From positions 44,739-108,738 of the forward strand of contig CASDOO010000019.1 in NCBI GenBank assembly GCA_949282275.1: 64,000 nucleotides of DNA, read 5' to 3'. The position numbers and the translations under genes were made by a program. The notes beneath the pieces are model-generated. The model had not been told where the DNA came from and searched no databases. It saw nothing but the letters and a program-made list of their open reading frames with translations. Positions 36,947 to 45,340 of this stretch are shown piece by piece (positions within the stretch are counted from its first letter, which is position 1; every line of letters begins with the position of its first letter). This DNA is from an uncultured Bacillota bacterium (GTDB lineage Bacteria > Bacillota_I > Bacilli_A > RFN20 > CAG-288).

Positions 36947-38866
36947 GTTTGTCAAATTTCAGTCAATTAATTGTAGTATCTTGTAGCGTTATATGATATG
37001 ATGTCTCCGAAAGGCCATCCGCCATGAAACTCAACAGAACCGTAACCAAGTCCGACATCATCTACTACCTCGCCCGTTCCGTCAGGAAAAACGGCAAGGT
37101 GACCAGCGTCAACGTCAAGACCCTCGGCAAGCATTCCGAGCTTCTGAGACTCCACGACGATCCCGAGGCCTATTGCCGTGAACTGGTTGCGCAAGCCAAC
37201 GAGGAACTCAAGTCGAATCTCTGCTCCATTACGCAAGACATCGACTTCAACTCCATCCTGGATGGGGAATCGAACGCATCTTCTTCCCCCACTTACAAAA
37301 ACATTGGCTATCTCTATCTGAACGATATCTTCAACAAGCTCAAGATTCCCGAATGTCTCAAGGCCCTGACTTCGGGTCGGAAGACGAAATACAGTGTCTC
37401 CGACGCCTTGAAGCTCCTGGTCTTCTCCCGGATCCTGGATCCCCATTCCAAGAAATCGACCTTCGACAGTTCCTCGACCTATCTCAAGGATTTCGATCTC
37501 TCCCTGGATGACATCTACAGAAGCCTGGATGTCATCGATGAGTTGTCCTGCGATTTGCAAAGGCACATTTACAAGGCTTCCGGCCCATTATACAAAAGCA
37601 ACGGATCCGTCCTTTATTACGACTGCACCAACTATTATTTCGAGACGGAACAGGAAGACGAGGACGGTCTGAGGAAATACGGGGTAAGCAAGGAGCACAG
37701 ACCCAACCCAATAGTCCAAATGGGCTTGTTCATCGATGAAAACGGCATGCCCATTGCCTTTGATGTCCTAAGCGGAAACACCAACGGACAGGTGACCGCC
37801 GTCCCTTTGGAAAAGCGCATTGTCAAGGACTATCAAAAGGCCAAGTTTATCTATTGCTCGGATGCCGGTCTTTCCTCGGAAGCCATCAAGAGATTCAACT
37901 CCTTTGGTTCCCGCGCCTATATCGTCACTCAGTCCTTGAAAAAGCTTCCGAAGGAAGAACAGGAACTGATATTCAAGGACGTGAACTGGAAGTGCCTTTC
38001 CGACAACAAGATGGCCAGCTTGAACGAGTATAAAACCATTGCCGGCAAGCTTTTGTCCGGAGCGAACCTGACCGAGGAAGAAAGGAAGGCCGTTGGCTGC
38101 GATCTCATCTATAAGGATTACCCTTATAAAAACGAAAGGTTGATAGTGACCTTCAGTCTCAGAAGCTATGTCTATCAACGCTCCGTCTTCAACAAGCAAC
38201 TAGAGAGAGCCGATGCGAAGATCTCCAAAAACAGCATCACGTATCAGGCCCAAGACGTTCGAAGGCTGATAGAAATAAGCGGAGCCACTGCCGAAGGGGA
38301 AATGGCAGACAACACCGTTTTGAGCTTGAATGACAGGCAAGTGGAAAAGGAGAGAAAATATCACGGCTTTTATGCCTGCGCCACCAATCTGGAAGACGAT
38401 GTCGGAAGCATAATCGAAACAAACAAGGCCCGGTGGAAGATCGAGGACTGCTTCCGCATCATGAAAACGACATTCAAGGCCCGGCCGGTCTATTTGCAGA
38501 AGGACAACCACATCAAGGCCCATTTCTTCACCTGCTATCTGGCCTTGCATATATTCACTTTGTTGAAGCTAAAGCTAAAAAGGAGCTACAGCAACGACAA
38601 CCTGATAAAAACACTTAGAAACATGAACATAGCGATAGATGAGAAAACGAACATCGGCAAAGCGCTATATACGAATTCGGAAATATTGGCCTCCCTGGAA
38701 GAAGAATACAGACTTGGTCTGAATCACAAGTACTACAGAATGGGGGCACTGAAGAAGAAAGCGAAGTAAGGACAAAATGCTACATTGAAAACGCATCAAG
38801 GCCGCATGACAAGTGGCTTTTTTGCTTTTTGCTGCAAAAGATGGGATTGTAACAAAGCTGACAAAC
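36947..38866 (+). mobile_element. IS1634-like (IS4 superfamily) element; boundaries tentative
   Basis: A single 581-aa DDE transposase gene. The only terminal inverted match I can see is GTTTGTCA (36947-54) versus TGACAAAC (38859-66). No target duplication recognised. Confidence 0.5.
37024..38769 (+). CDS. IS1634-family transposase
   Basis: 581 aa. The N-terminus MKLNRTVTKSDIIYYLARSVRKNGKVTSVNVKTLGK and the overall length resemble IS1634/IS4-type DDE transposases. Confidence 0.8.
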   Translation: MKLNRTVTKSDIIYYLARSVRKNGKVTSVNVKTLGKHSELLRLHDDPEAYCRELVAQANEELKSNLCSITQDIDFNSILDGESNASSSPTYKNIGYLYLNDIFNKLKIPECLKALTSGRKTKYSVSDALKLLVFSRILDPHSKKSTFDSSSTYLKDFDLSLDDIYRSLDVIDELSCDLQRHIYKASGPLYKSNGSVLYYDCTNYYFETEQEDEDGLRKYGVSKEHRPNPIVQMGLFIDENGMPIAFDVLSGNTNGQVTAVPLEKRIVKDYQKAKFIYCSDAGLSSEAIKRFNSFGSRAYIVTQSLKKLPKEEQELIFKDVNWKCLSDNKMASLNEYKTIAGKLLSGANLTEEERKAVGCDLIYKDYPYKNERLIVTFSLRSYVYQRSVFNKQLERADAKISKNSITYQAQDVRRLIEISGATAEGEMADNTVLSLNDRQVEKERKYHGFYACATNLEDDVGSIIETNKARWKIEDCFRIMKTTFKARPVYLQKDNHIKAHFFTCYLALHIFTLLKLKLKRSYSNDNLIKTLRNMNIAIDEKTNIGKALYTNSEILASLEEEYRLGLNHKYYRMGALKKKAK

Positions 38867-38954
38867 GAGATATAGGAATTTCTTTTTCGGAAAATAGCAA
38901 TTCAAATTTGCCTCATTTTTCAAAAAAACATTCTTTTTTTCATGAAATCATAAG

Positions 38955-38987
38955 CAAAAAGCCCCTTAGCTGAACGCCAAGGGGCTT
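38955..38987 (-). terminator. terminator after the tRNA-Asn/tRNA-Glu pair
   Basis: AAGCCCCTT...AAGGGGCTT stem followed on the minus strand by TTTTG. Confidence 0.7.
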
Positions 38988-39001
38988 ATGTGAAACAAAC
39001 G

Positions 39002-39077
39002 TGGTGACCTGGACGGGGTTTGAACCCGTGAATGCATCCTTGAAAGGGATGTGAGTTAACCGCTTCTCCACCAGGCC
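39002..39077 (-). tRNA. tRNA-Glu (anticodon UUC), CCA encoded
   Basis: Folded by hand. 7-bp acceptor GGCCTGG/CCAGGTC, anticodon stem CATCC/GGATG with loop CTTTCAA, T-arm ACGGG-TTCAAAC-CCCGT, 3' ACCA. 76 nt. Confidence 0.9.
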
Positions 39078-39092
39078 ATGGGCTTGAAGAGA

Positions 39093-39168
39093 TGGCGCCT
39101 ACTGTAGGACTCGGACCTACGACCTACCGGTTAACAGCCGGTTGCTCTACCAACTGAGCTAAGTAGGC
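39093..39168 (-). tRNA. tRNA-Asn (anticodon GUU), CCA encoded; T-loop reads TCCGAGT
   Basis: Folded by hand. Acceptor GCCTACT/AGTAGGC, D-arm GCTC-AGTTGGTA-GAGC, anticodon stem ACCGG/CCGGT with loop CTGTTAA, T-arm GTAGG-TCCGAGT-CCTAC, 3' GCCA. 76 nt. Confidence 0.9.
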
Positions 39169-39225
39169 AGCGGAGAACAATATACCAAATCAAGGTTGGC
39201 TTTGCAATAACTTCGAAACTCTTTT

Positions 39226-39468
39226 TTAGCTTCTTTTCTTCTCGATCAGGTTCTTGACGTCCTCGACGGTACGGACGTCGAGCATCTCCTCCTGGGAAAC
39301 CTCGGGAAGATTGAATTCCTGCTCGATGTTGATGAGAAGCTCGGCCGTATCCAGGGAGTCGAGTCCCAGATCCTCGAGACGGGTCTCCGGGGTGATGCTG
39401 TCGATATCGATATGCTTCTTGCGGATCTGCGTGGAGAGAAGCTCCTTGAGCTTGGCATAAATGTCCAT
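39226..39468 (-). CDS. acpP: acyl carrier protein
   Basis: 80 aa, acidic, with LGLDSLDTAELL containing the phosphopantetheine-attachment Ser motif (DSL). Confidence 0.85.
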   Translation of the reverse strand: MDIYAKLKELLSTQIRKKHIDIDSITPETRLEDLGLDSLDTAELLINIEQEFNLPEVSQEEMLDVRTVEDVKNLIEKKRS

Positions 39469-39570
39469 TTTCGTTTACCTCTGAATCTTTCGTCCGGATT
39501 ACTATAATACAAAAAACGATGCTTTTCTATCTTCTGTTTCGTTTGTGTCGTTGTTGCCTGCGTAAAACAT

Positions 39571-41334
39571 ATGTCTATAATATTTAGTGTCTTGTCTATG
39601 AAATATTTTGCCATGCTTTCGGACTCTCCCGGATGGTTCTACGGCGGTTGGATGATTGCCCTTCTTGTCCTTGCCCTTCTCCTTGCAATCGCCATCTTCC
39701 TTTTCGCGACCGTCCTTTTCACCATCAAGTACCGGAGGATCAACGACAGCAACATCCGCATATACACCTACGACTACGCCAAGAAGAGCTTCTTCTTTTT
39801 CGATCGGAACAATCTTCTTCGTCGCAAGGAGATGAACGAGAAGGACTTCATTGCCCAGTTCCAGACAAGCGATTCCTATCAGGTGCGGAACTGGCTGGAC
39901 AGCATCATCGCCGGAAAGAGCCACCGGGACTTCCTCCAGGCGGATGTCAAGATCCATGTCCGCGGAAGGGCCATTCCCTCCATCCTCGAGCTGACGAGCG
40001 TCAACAGGGAGAAGTGTCTCATCCACTTCGAAAGCCATCTTCTTCCCTTCTCTGCCTTTACTCCTTCCGCCAGCAAGAGAAGAAGGGCGAAGTTCATGCT
40101 TCCCTCGACGGAGGAGGCGGAGTCATTCCTTCTTGAAAGCGACCCCAACAGTCTCGCCTCGGCCTATTACATCTCCCTCTACCTGGACGAGAAGCAGAAG
40201 ACCCCGGACACCTTCCGCGAGCTGATGGAGATCAGCCAGCTGACTCTGGAGATGCTTGGAGGCTATCTCAACAAGGACAGACGCCTTCTTGCCTTCACCG
40301 AAAACGAGTTCTTCCTTCTTTCCACCCTCAACATGTCCAAGGCGATGTGCATGCAGTTTGCCTCCACCCTGGAGACGAAGATAAGGCAGGTCATCAACCG
40401 TTCCCATCCCGACACGAAGGTGAAGTTCGCAATCGGCCTGTCCACAGGCACCTACTTCCAGAAGGACTACAGGAAGGCCAGGGAGCAGTGCCAATTGATG
40501 TGCGAGGCCATCCGCAAGGGCGATTATCGGAACGATATCCTCTTCTATGACCAGGACTTCTTCCTCAAGGAGAGAAAGCGGAAGACCGACAGGGAGGAAG
40601 TGAGGATGCTCATCCGCAACCAGACCTTCCGCATCTACTTCCAGCCGACCTTGGACATCACTTCTTTCCAGCCTTCCCTCTACATCCTGTCGATTGGGAC
40701 CTACGGGACATCGATCACGGACTTCCGGGAGATACAGAGGATCGCCTCATCCATACGAAACGGGACAGACGATCTCTTCCGCGCCTTCTGCAACAAGCTG
40801 ACGATGGTCCTTGGAAGCCAGAAGGAAAGGAAGAAATACCTCTTCCCCGTCGTCTATTCCTCCCTGGAGAGCCTGTCGAAGGCCATCGGACACAACGACA
40901 ACAGGAACTTCGACCTCGTCCTCTCGCTGAGGGAAAGCGACCTTCTTCCCTACCTCCCCCTCCTCAAGCAAGTCATCGACCGCTTCGAGGATCTCAAGAA
41001 GAGAGGCTTCCGCCTTGCCATCCACATCGCCAATGCCACCTCCCTTCTTCCCAACAGGCTCCTCCGCCTCTTCTCCTACGTCATCGTGGGAAAGGAGTTC
41101 ACAAGCCACCTTGGCGAGCCCAGTGCCCTGACAAGCCTGCAGCTCATCGAATCCGACTATCTGCCCCTTGAAGTCCCCATCCTCTATCAAGACCTTGCGG
41201 ACAATAGCCAGATCGAGCTGTGCGCCCACTATGGCGGCACCATCTTCCAGTCGCGTTCCTTGGGAGAGCTTTCCTCAAGACCGGAAGAGATCGAGGCCGA
41301 TGCGTTGGAGACGTTGAAGGAAAGCCTAAGCTAA
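39571..41334 (+). CDS. membrane-anchored protein with apparently degenerate GGDEF-like and EAL-like regions (start uncertain: 39571, 39598 or 39613)
   Basis: One N-terminal TM (WMIALLVLALLLAIAIFLFATVLF). RLLAFTENEFFLLS sits where GGDEF proteins have RxGGDEFxxLL. Downstream FRIYFQPTLDI... and LAIHIANATSL occupy the positions of EAL-domain YQP / DDFG blocks without the catalytic residues. No clear RBS at any start. Confidence 0.6.
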   Translation: MSIIFSVLSMKYFAMLSDSPGWFYGGWMIALLVLALLLAIAIFLFATVLFTIKYRRINDSNIRIYTYDYAKKSFFFFDRNNLLRRKEMNEKDFIAQFQTSDSYQVRNWLDSIIAGKSHRDFLQADVKIHVRGRAIPSILELTSVNREKCLIHFESHLLPFSAFTPSASKRRRAKFMLPSTEEAESFLLESDPNSLASAYYISLYLDEKQKTPDTFRELMEISQLTLEMLGGYLNKDRRLLAFTENEFFLLSTLNMSKAMCMQFASTLETKIRQVINRSHPDTKVKFAIGLSTGTYFQKDYRKAREQCQLMCEAIRKGDYRNDILFYDQDFFLKERKRKTDREEVRMLIRNQTFRIYFQPTLDITSFQPSLYILSIGTYGTSITDFREIQRIASSIRNGTDDLFRAFCNKLTMVLGSQKERKKYLFPVVYSSLESLSKAIGHNDNRNFDLVLSLRESDLLPYLPLLKQVIDRFEDLKKRGFRLAIHIANATSLLPNRLLRLFSYVIVGKEFTSHLGEPSALTSLQLIESDYLPLEVPILYQDLADNSQIELCAHYGGTIFQSRSLGELSSRPEEIEADALETLKESLS

Positions 41335-41365
41335 ATTAGAAATTGCCACAAAGGAGAACAACAAC

Positions 41366-42802
41366 ATGGCTGACAAGAAAGTAAAGTTCATCTGTTCCAA
41401 GAGCGACGATTTGGCGAAATGGTACACGGACGTCTGCCTCAAGGCGGAACTCATGTCCTATGCCAAGACGAAGGGATTCATCGTCTATCGCCCCGACGGC
41501 TACTCCCTATGGGAAGAGATCCAGTCCTATCTGGATGCCCGCTTCAAGGCCATGGGCGTGAGAAACGTCTACATGCCGACCCTCATCCCCATGTCCCTGC
41601 TCCAGAAGGAAAAGGACTTCGTCAAGGGATTCGCCCCCGAATGCGCGGTGGTGACAGAGGGCGGCGGCAAGGACCTTGCCGAGACGATGGTCGTCCGTCC
41701 GACCTCCGAATGCCTCTTCTCCGACCACTTCAAGGACATCGTCCATTCCTACAACGACCTCCCGGTGAAATACAACCAGTGGTGCTCCGTCGTCCGCTGG
41801 GAAAAGACGACAAGGCCCTTCCTCCGCGGTGCCGAGTTCCTCTGGCAGGAAGGCCATACCCTCCACTATTCCAAGGACGAGGCCAAGCAGTTTGCCCTCT
41901 CCATCCTCCGTATCTACAACGAGATGGGAAGGGACGTCCTTGCCATTCCCTTCGTCATGGGCCAGAAGCCCGACAGCGAGAAGTTCGCCGGTGCCGACGA
42001 GACCTATACCATCGAGGCCCTGATGCCCGACGGACAGGCCCTGCAGTGCGGAACGACCCATTATCTGGGAACGGGCTTCCCCGAATGCTTCAACATCCGC
42101 TTTTTGGACAAGGACAACCAGCTCAAGTATCCCCACTATACCTCCTGGGGTGTCTCGACCCGACTTCTTGGCGCCCTCATCATGGTCCATGGCGATGACG
42201 AGGGCCTTGTCCTTCCCCCGAAGGTCGCGCCCATCCAGGCCGTCATCATCCCCATCCGCATGGACACGAGCAAGGAAGTCCGGGAAGAATGCCATAGGCT
42301 GGAATCCCGCCTGAGGGAAGCCGGCGTCCGCATCTCTCTCGACGATTCCGACAAGACCCCCGGATGGAAGTTCAGCCAGTACGAGATGAAGGGCATCCCC
42401 GTCCGTATCGAGCTTGGTCCCAAGGATCTCGAGAAGGGCCTTGTCACCCTCTCCATCCGCTACAGCGGCGAGAAGAGACAGGTCCCCATCGAAAGCGTGG
42501 AGAAGACGATCGTCGAACTCCTCGACGAGATCCAGAAGGGCATGTACCAGAAGGCCTACGACTATCTCCAGTCCCACATCTATCCCTGCACGACCTACGA
42601 GGAAGTCCAGGACGTCCTCTCAAGCCACAAGGGCTTCTGCAAGATGATGACCACCGGCGAGAAGGAGGACGAGGAGAAGATGAAGGCCGAATTCTCCGCC
42701 ACGCCGAGGGTCCTTCCCTTCGACGAGAAGAAGTTTGCCGACAAGGATCCCCTTTCCGGCAAGGATGCCGACCAGGTCATCTACTATGCCCGTGCCTACT
42801 GA
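41366..42802 (+). CDS. proS: prolyl-tRNA synthetase, short archaeal/eukaryote-like type without the INS editing domain
   Basis: 478 aa. WYTDVCLKAELMSY..., class II motifs (FLRGAEFLWQEGHT, GTTHYLG) and a C-terminal Y. Confidence 0.93.
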   Translation: MADKKVKFICSKSDDLAKWYTDVCLKAELMSYAKTKGFIVYRPDGYSLWEEIQSYLDARFKAMGVRNVYMPTLIPMSLLQKEKDFVKGFAPECAVVTEGGGKDLAETMVVRPTSECLFSDHFKDIVHSYNDLPVKYNQWCSVVRWEKTTRPFLRGAEFLWQEGHTLHYSKDEAKQFALSILRIYNEMGRDVLAIPFVMGQKPDSEKFAGADETYTIEALMPDGQALQCGTTHYLGTGFPECFNIRFLDKDNQLKYPHYTSWGVSTRLLGALIMVHGDDEGLVLPPKVAPIQAVIIPIRMDTSKEVREECHRLESRLREAGVRISLDDSDKTPGWKFSQYEMKGIPVRIELGPKDLEKGLVTLSIRYSGEKRQVPIESVEKTIVELLDEIQKGMYQKAYDYLQSHIYPCTTYEEVQDVLSSHKGFCKMMTTGEKEDEEKMKAEFSATPRVLPFDEKKFADKDPLSGKDADQVIYYARAY

Positions 42803-42821
42803 TCCAGGAGAGAAAAAGAAA

Positions 42822-44585
42822 ATGAACGTCTTCGACGAAAGAATCGAGAAGCTCCAGCGCCAGATGCGCAAGGATGGCCTGAGGGCCTACATCATCCCGG
42901 CGACCGATCCCCACATGTCGGAATCCTATTGCGACCGCTATGGGGCGATGCGGAAGTACTTCTGCCCCTTCCGCGGCCAGGACGGGACGCTCCTTGTCAC
43001 TTTGGATTCCTATGAGATCTATACCGACGGCCGCTACTGGATCGAGGCGGAGAAGGAACTGGAAGGTTCCGCCTGCCTTCTTGTCAAGGACGGCCACCCG
43101 GGCGTGAAGAGCCTCTTCGAAAGGATCCGGGAAGAGGAACTCTATCCCCTTGGCATGGATAGCGCCCTCTTCTCCATCGACGACCTTCGTGCCCTCTATC
43201 TCGACGAAAGGCATCCGATCTATTCCCTGGACTATTCCTTCCTCGTCGAAGGCCTTCCCACGCTCCCCAAGGAAAAGATCTTCCGCGTCGACGACAGCCT
43301 CCTTTCCACAACGCTTAAGGAAAGGGTGGATATGGTCCTTTCCAAGGCAAGGGAAAAAGGCGCCCAAAGCGTCATCCTGACGGCCCTGGACGACATTGCC
43401 TACGTCCTGGGATACCGGGGAAGGGACATCGCCTACACGCCCGTCTTCTATTCCTATCTCTTCCTCTCCGGAAACGGGACGATCGACCTCTTCATCGACG
43501 AGGAAAAGCTCCCCGAGGATTTCGACAGGGAGGCCATTAATGTCCATCCCTACGAGGAAATCTTCGCCTTCCTGAAGGAAAGGAAGGAAAGAATCCTCGT
43601 CGACCCCAGGAAGACAAACGCCCGCATCCATTCCCTCATCGCGAACAAGGTCCTTGCCACCTCCCCGGCCTATCTGCTCAAGGCCGTCAAGGGAGAGAGG
43701 GAAATCACCAACACCAAGCGCGTCCACGAGATCGACGGCATCGCCGTCCTCAAGCTGATGAAGTTCCTCGAGGACAACATCCCGAACAGGGACATCGACG
43801 AGCTGGAAGCCGCAAGCTATCTCGATGGCGTCCGCCTGCGGGGAAAGGACTGCTACGACCTCTCCTTCGAGACCATCGCCGCCGTCGACAGCAACGGCCC
43901 GATGATGCACTATGCCCCGACGGAAGAATGCCACAGCGCCTTCACCAAGGATTCCCTGACCCTGCTTGTCGATTCCGGCGGCCAGTACTATGGCGGAACG
44001 ACGGACATCACCCGCACCTTCCTTGCCAAGCCGACGAAGGAAGTCATCCACGACTACACCCTCACCCTCAAGAGCCAGATCGCCCTGACAAGGCAGGTCT
44101 TCATGCGCGGCTGCTCGGGCCATGCTATCGACATCGCCGCCAGGGAAGTCATGTGGAGGGAAGGCCTCGACTACAAGTGCGGGACCGGCCATGGCGTCAG
44201 CTACATGGGTCCCGTCCATGAAGGCCCGATCGGCTTCCGCTACTACACCACAAAGCAAAGGGACGACAACGGCACGCTCCTTCCCGGCCACGTCATCACC
44301 ATCGAGCCGGGCGTCTACAAGGAAGGCAAGTACGGCATCCGCCTGGAGAACGAGCTTCTGGTCGTCGAAAAGGACAAGACCGACCAAGGCGACTTTCTGG
44401 GCTTCGAGACCATCACCTACTGTCCCTACGACAGGAAGGGCATCGACGTCACCATGCTTGACGACGAGGAACTCGAATGGCTCAACGACTATCTTGCCCT
44501 GGTCGAGAGAAAGCTCTCGCCCCTCATCGACGATCCCGAGCTCCTTTCCTACCTCCACAGACAGTGCGAGCCTTTCCTCAAGTGA
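42822..44585 (+). CDS. Xaa-Pro aminopeptidase (M24B, aminopeptidase P family)
   Basis: Track ORF 42735..44585. I prefer the ATG at 42822 after GGAGAGAAAAAG. N-terminal creatinase-like domains, C-terminal pita-bread motifs (HGVSYMGPVHEGP, IEPGVY, ENE). Confidence 0.88.
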   Translation: MNVFDERIEKLQRQMRKDGLRAYIIPATDPHMSESYCDRYGAMRKYFCPFRGQDGTLLVTLDSYEIYTDGRYWIEAEKELEGSACLLVKDGHPGVKSLFERIREEELYPLGMDSALFSIDDLRALYLDERHPIYSLDYSFLVEGLPTLPKEKIFRVDDSLLSTTLKERVDMVLSKAREKGAQSVILTALDDIAYVLGYRGRDIAYTPVFYSYLFLSGNGTIDLFIDEEKLPEDFDREAINVHPYEEIFAFLKERKERILVDPRKTNARIHSLIANKVLATSPAYLLKAVKGEREITNTKRVHEIDGIAVLKLMKFLEDNIPNRDIDELEAASYLDGVRLRGKDCYDLSFETIAAVDSNGPMMHYAPTEECHSAFTKDSLTLLVDSGGQYYGGTTDITRTFLAKPTKEVIHDYTLTLKSQIALTRQVFMRGCSGHAIDIAAREVMWREGLDYKCGTGHGVSYMGPVHEGPIGFRYYTTKQRDDNGTLLPGHVITIEPGVYKEGKYGIRLENELLVVEKDKTDQGDFLGFETITYCPYDRKGIDVTMLDDEELEWLNDYLALVERKLSPLIDDPELLSYLHRQCEPFLK

Positions 44586-45091
44586 GGAAGATCGTCCTTT
44601 TCCAGCCGGAGAAGCCGGCAAACACCGGAAACATCATCCGCCTTTGCATGGCGATGGATTTCTCCCTGGCCATCATCGAGCCGATTTCCTTCCGGCTTGA
44701 CGACAAGAGCCTAAAGAGGGCAGGGATGGACTATGCCCAGGGCTTTCCCATCGAGCGCTACAGAGACCTTGAGACTTTCCTCAAGGCGCATCTTTCCTAC
44801 GAGGGATACTTCGTCACCCGCTATTCGCCAAACGTCTATTCCGACTTCGACCTCTCCGATCCCAACAGGGACCAGTTCTACCTGTTCGGAAGGGAATCCA
44901 CGGGCCTTCCACGGCAATTGCTCGAGGCCAATGTCAGGAAGACCATGCGCATCCCGATGGCCATCAATGCCAGAAGCCTCAACCTCTCCGACTGTGTCAG
45001 CATCATCGCCGGGGAGGTCAACAAGCAACAGGACTACCACGGCCTTGCCGTCAGGGAATGCATCAAGGGAAAGGCATTTGTCTTGCATTGA
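44582..45091 (+). CDS. trmL: tRNA (cytidine/uridine-2'-O)-methyltransferase, SpoU/TrmL type
   Basis: GTG start overlapping the aminopeptidase stop (GTGA). VRKIVLFQPEKPANTGNIIRLC and LFGRESTGLP motifs. 169 aa. Confidence 0.85.
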   Translation: MRKIVLFQPEKPANTGNIIRLCMAMDFSLAIIEPISFRLDDKSLKRAGMDYAQGFPIERYRDLETFLKAHLSYEGYFVTRYSPNVYSDFDLSDPNRDQFYLFGRESTGLPRQLLEANVRKTMRIPMAINARSLNLSDCVSIIAGEVNKQQDYHGLAVRECIKGKAFVLH

Positions 45092-45117
45092 ATGCGCCCT
45101 GGCCCTATACTTTACTC

Positions 45118-45297
45118 ACCTAGGACATATGCGGCTTTCCGACACGTATTGCATATGGGCCTACATGCCGGCGCAGCGTCGAATGCCTACCATCGTGCAG
45201 GAATCCCAAACGCCCGTTGCGGTCCTAAAAGTTAAAACAAGGGAAACGTCCCTTCGTCCTATGGGAAAAGGCGGAAGGCTTCGGTCTTCCGCTTTTT
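45118..45297 (+). ncRNA. candidate ~180-nt structured small RNA (6S-like size) between trmL and tkt
   Basis: Putative promoter: TTGCAT (45083-88), 17-nt spacer, TATACT (45106-11). Long-range pairing of CCTAGGAC (45119-26) with GTCCTATGG (45256-64). Strong terminator GCGGAAGGC-TTCG-GTCTTCCGC-TTTTT (45271-97). No credible ORF. Confidence 0.35.
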
Positions 45298-45340
45298 GTT
45301 TGTGGTAGAATGGAAGGGTCGCAAACAACCGGAGGACCCA

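Noticed and set aside
41335-41365. T-box or other leader upstream of proS
   Set aside because: The intergenic spacer is only 31 nt, too short for a T-box riboswitch.
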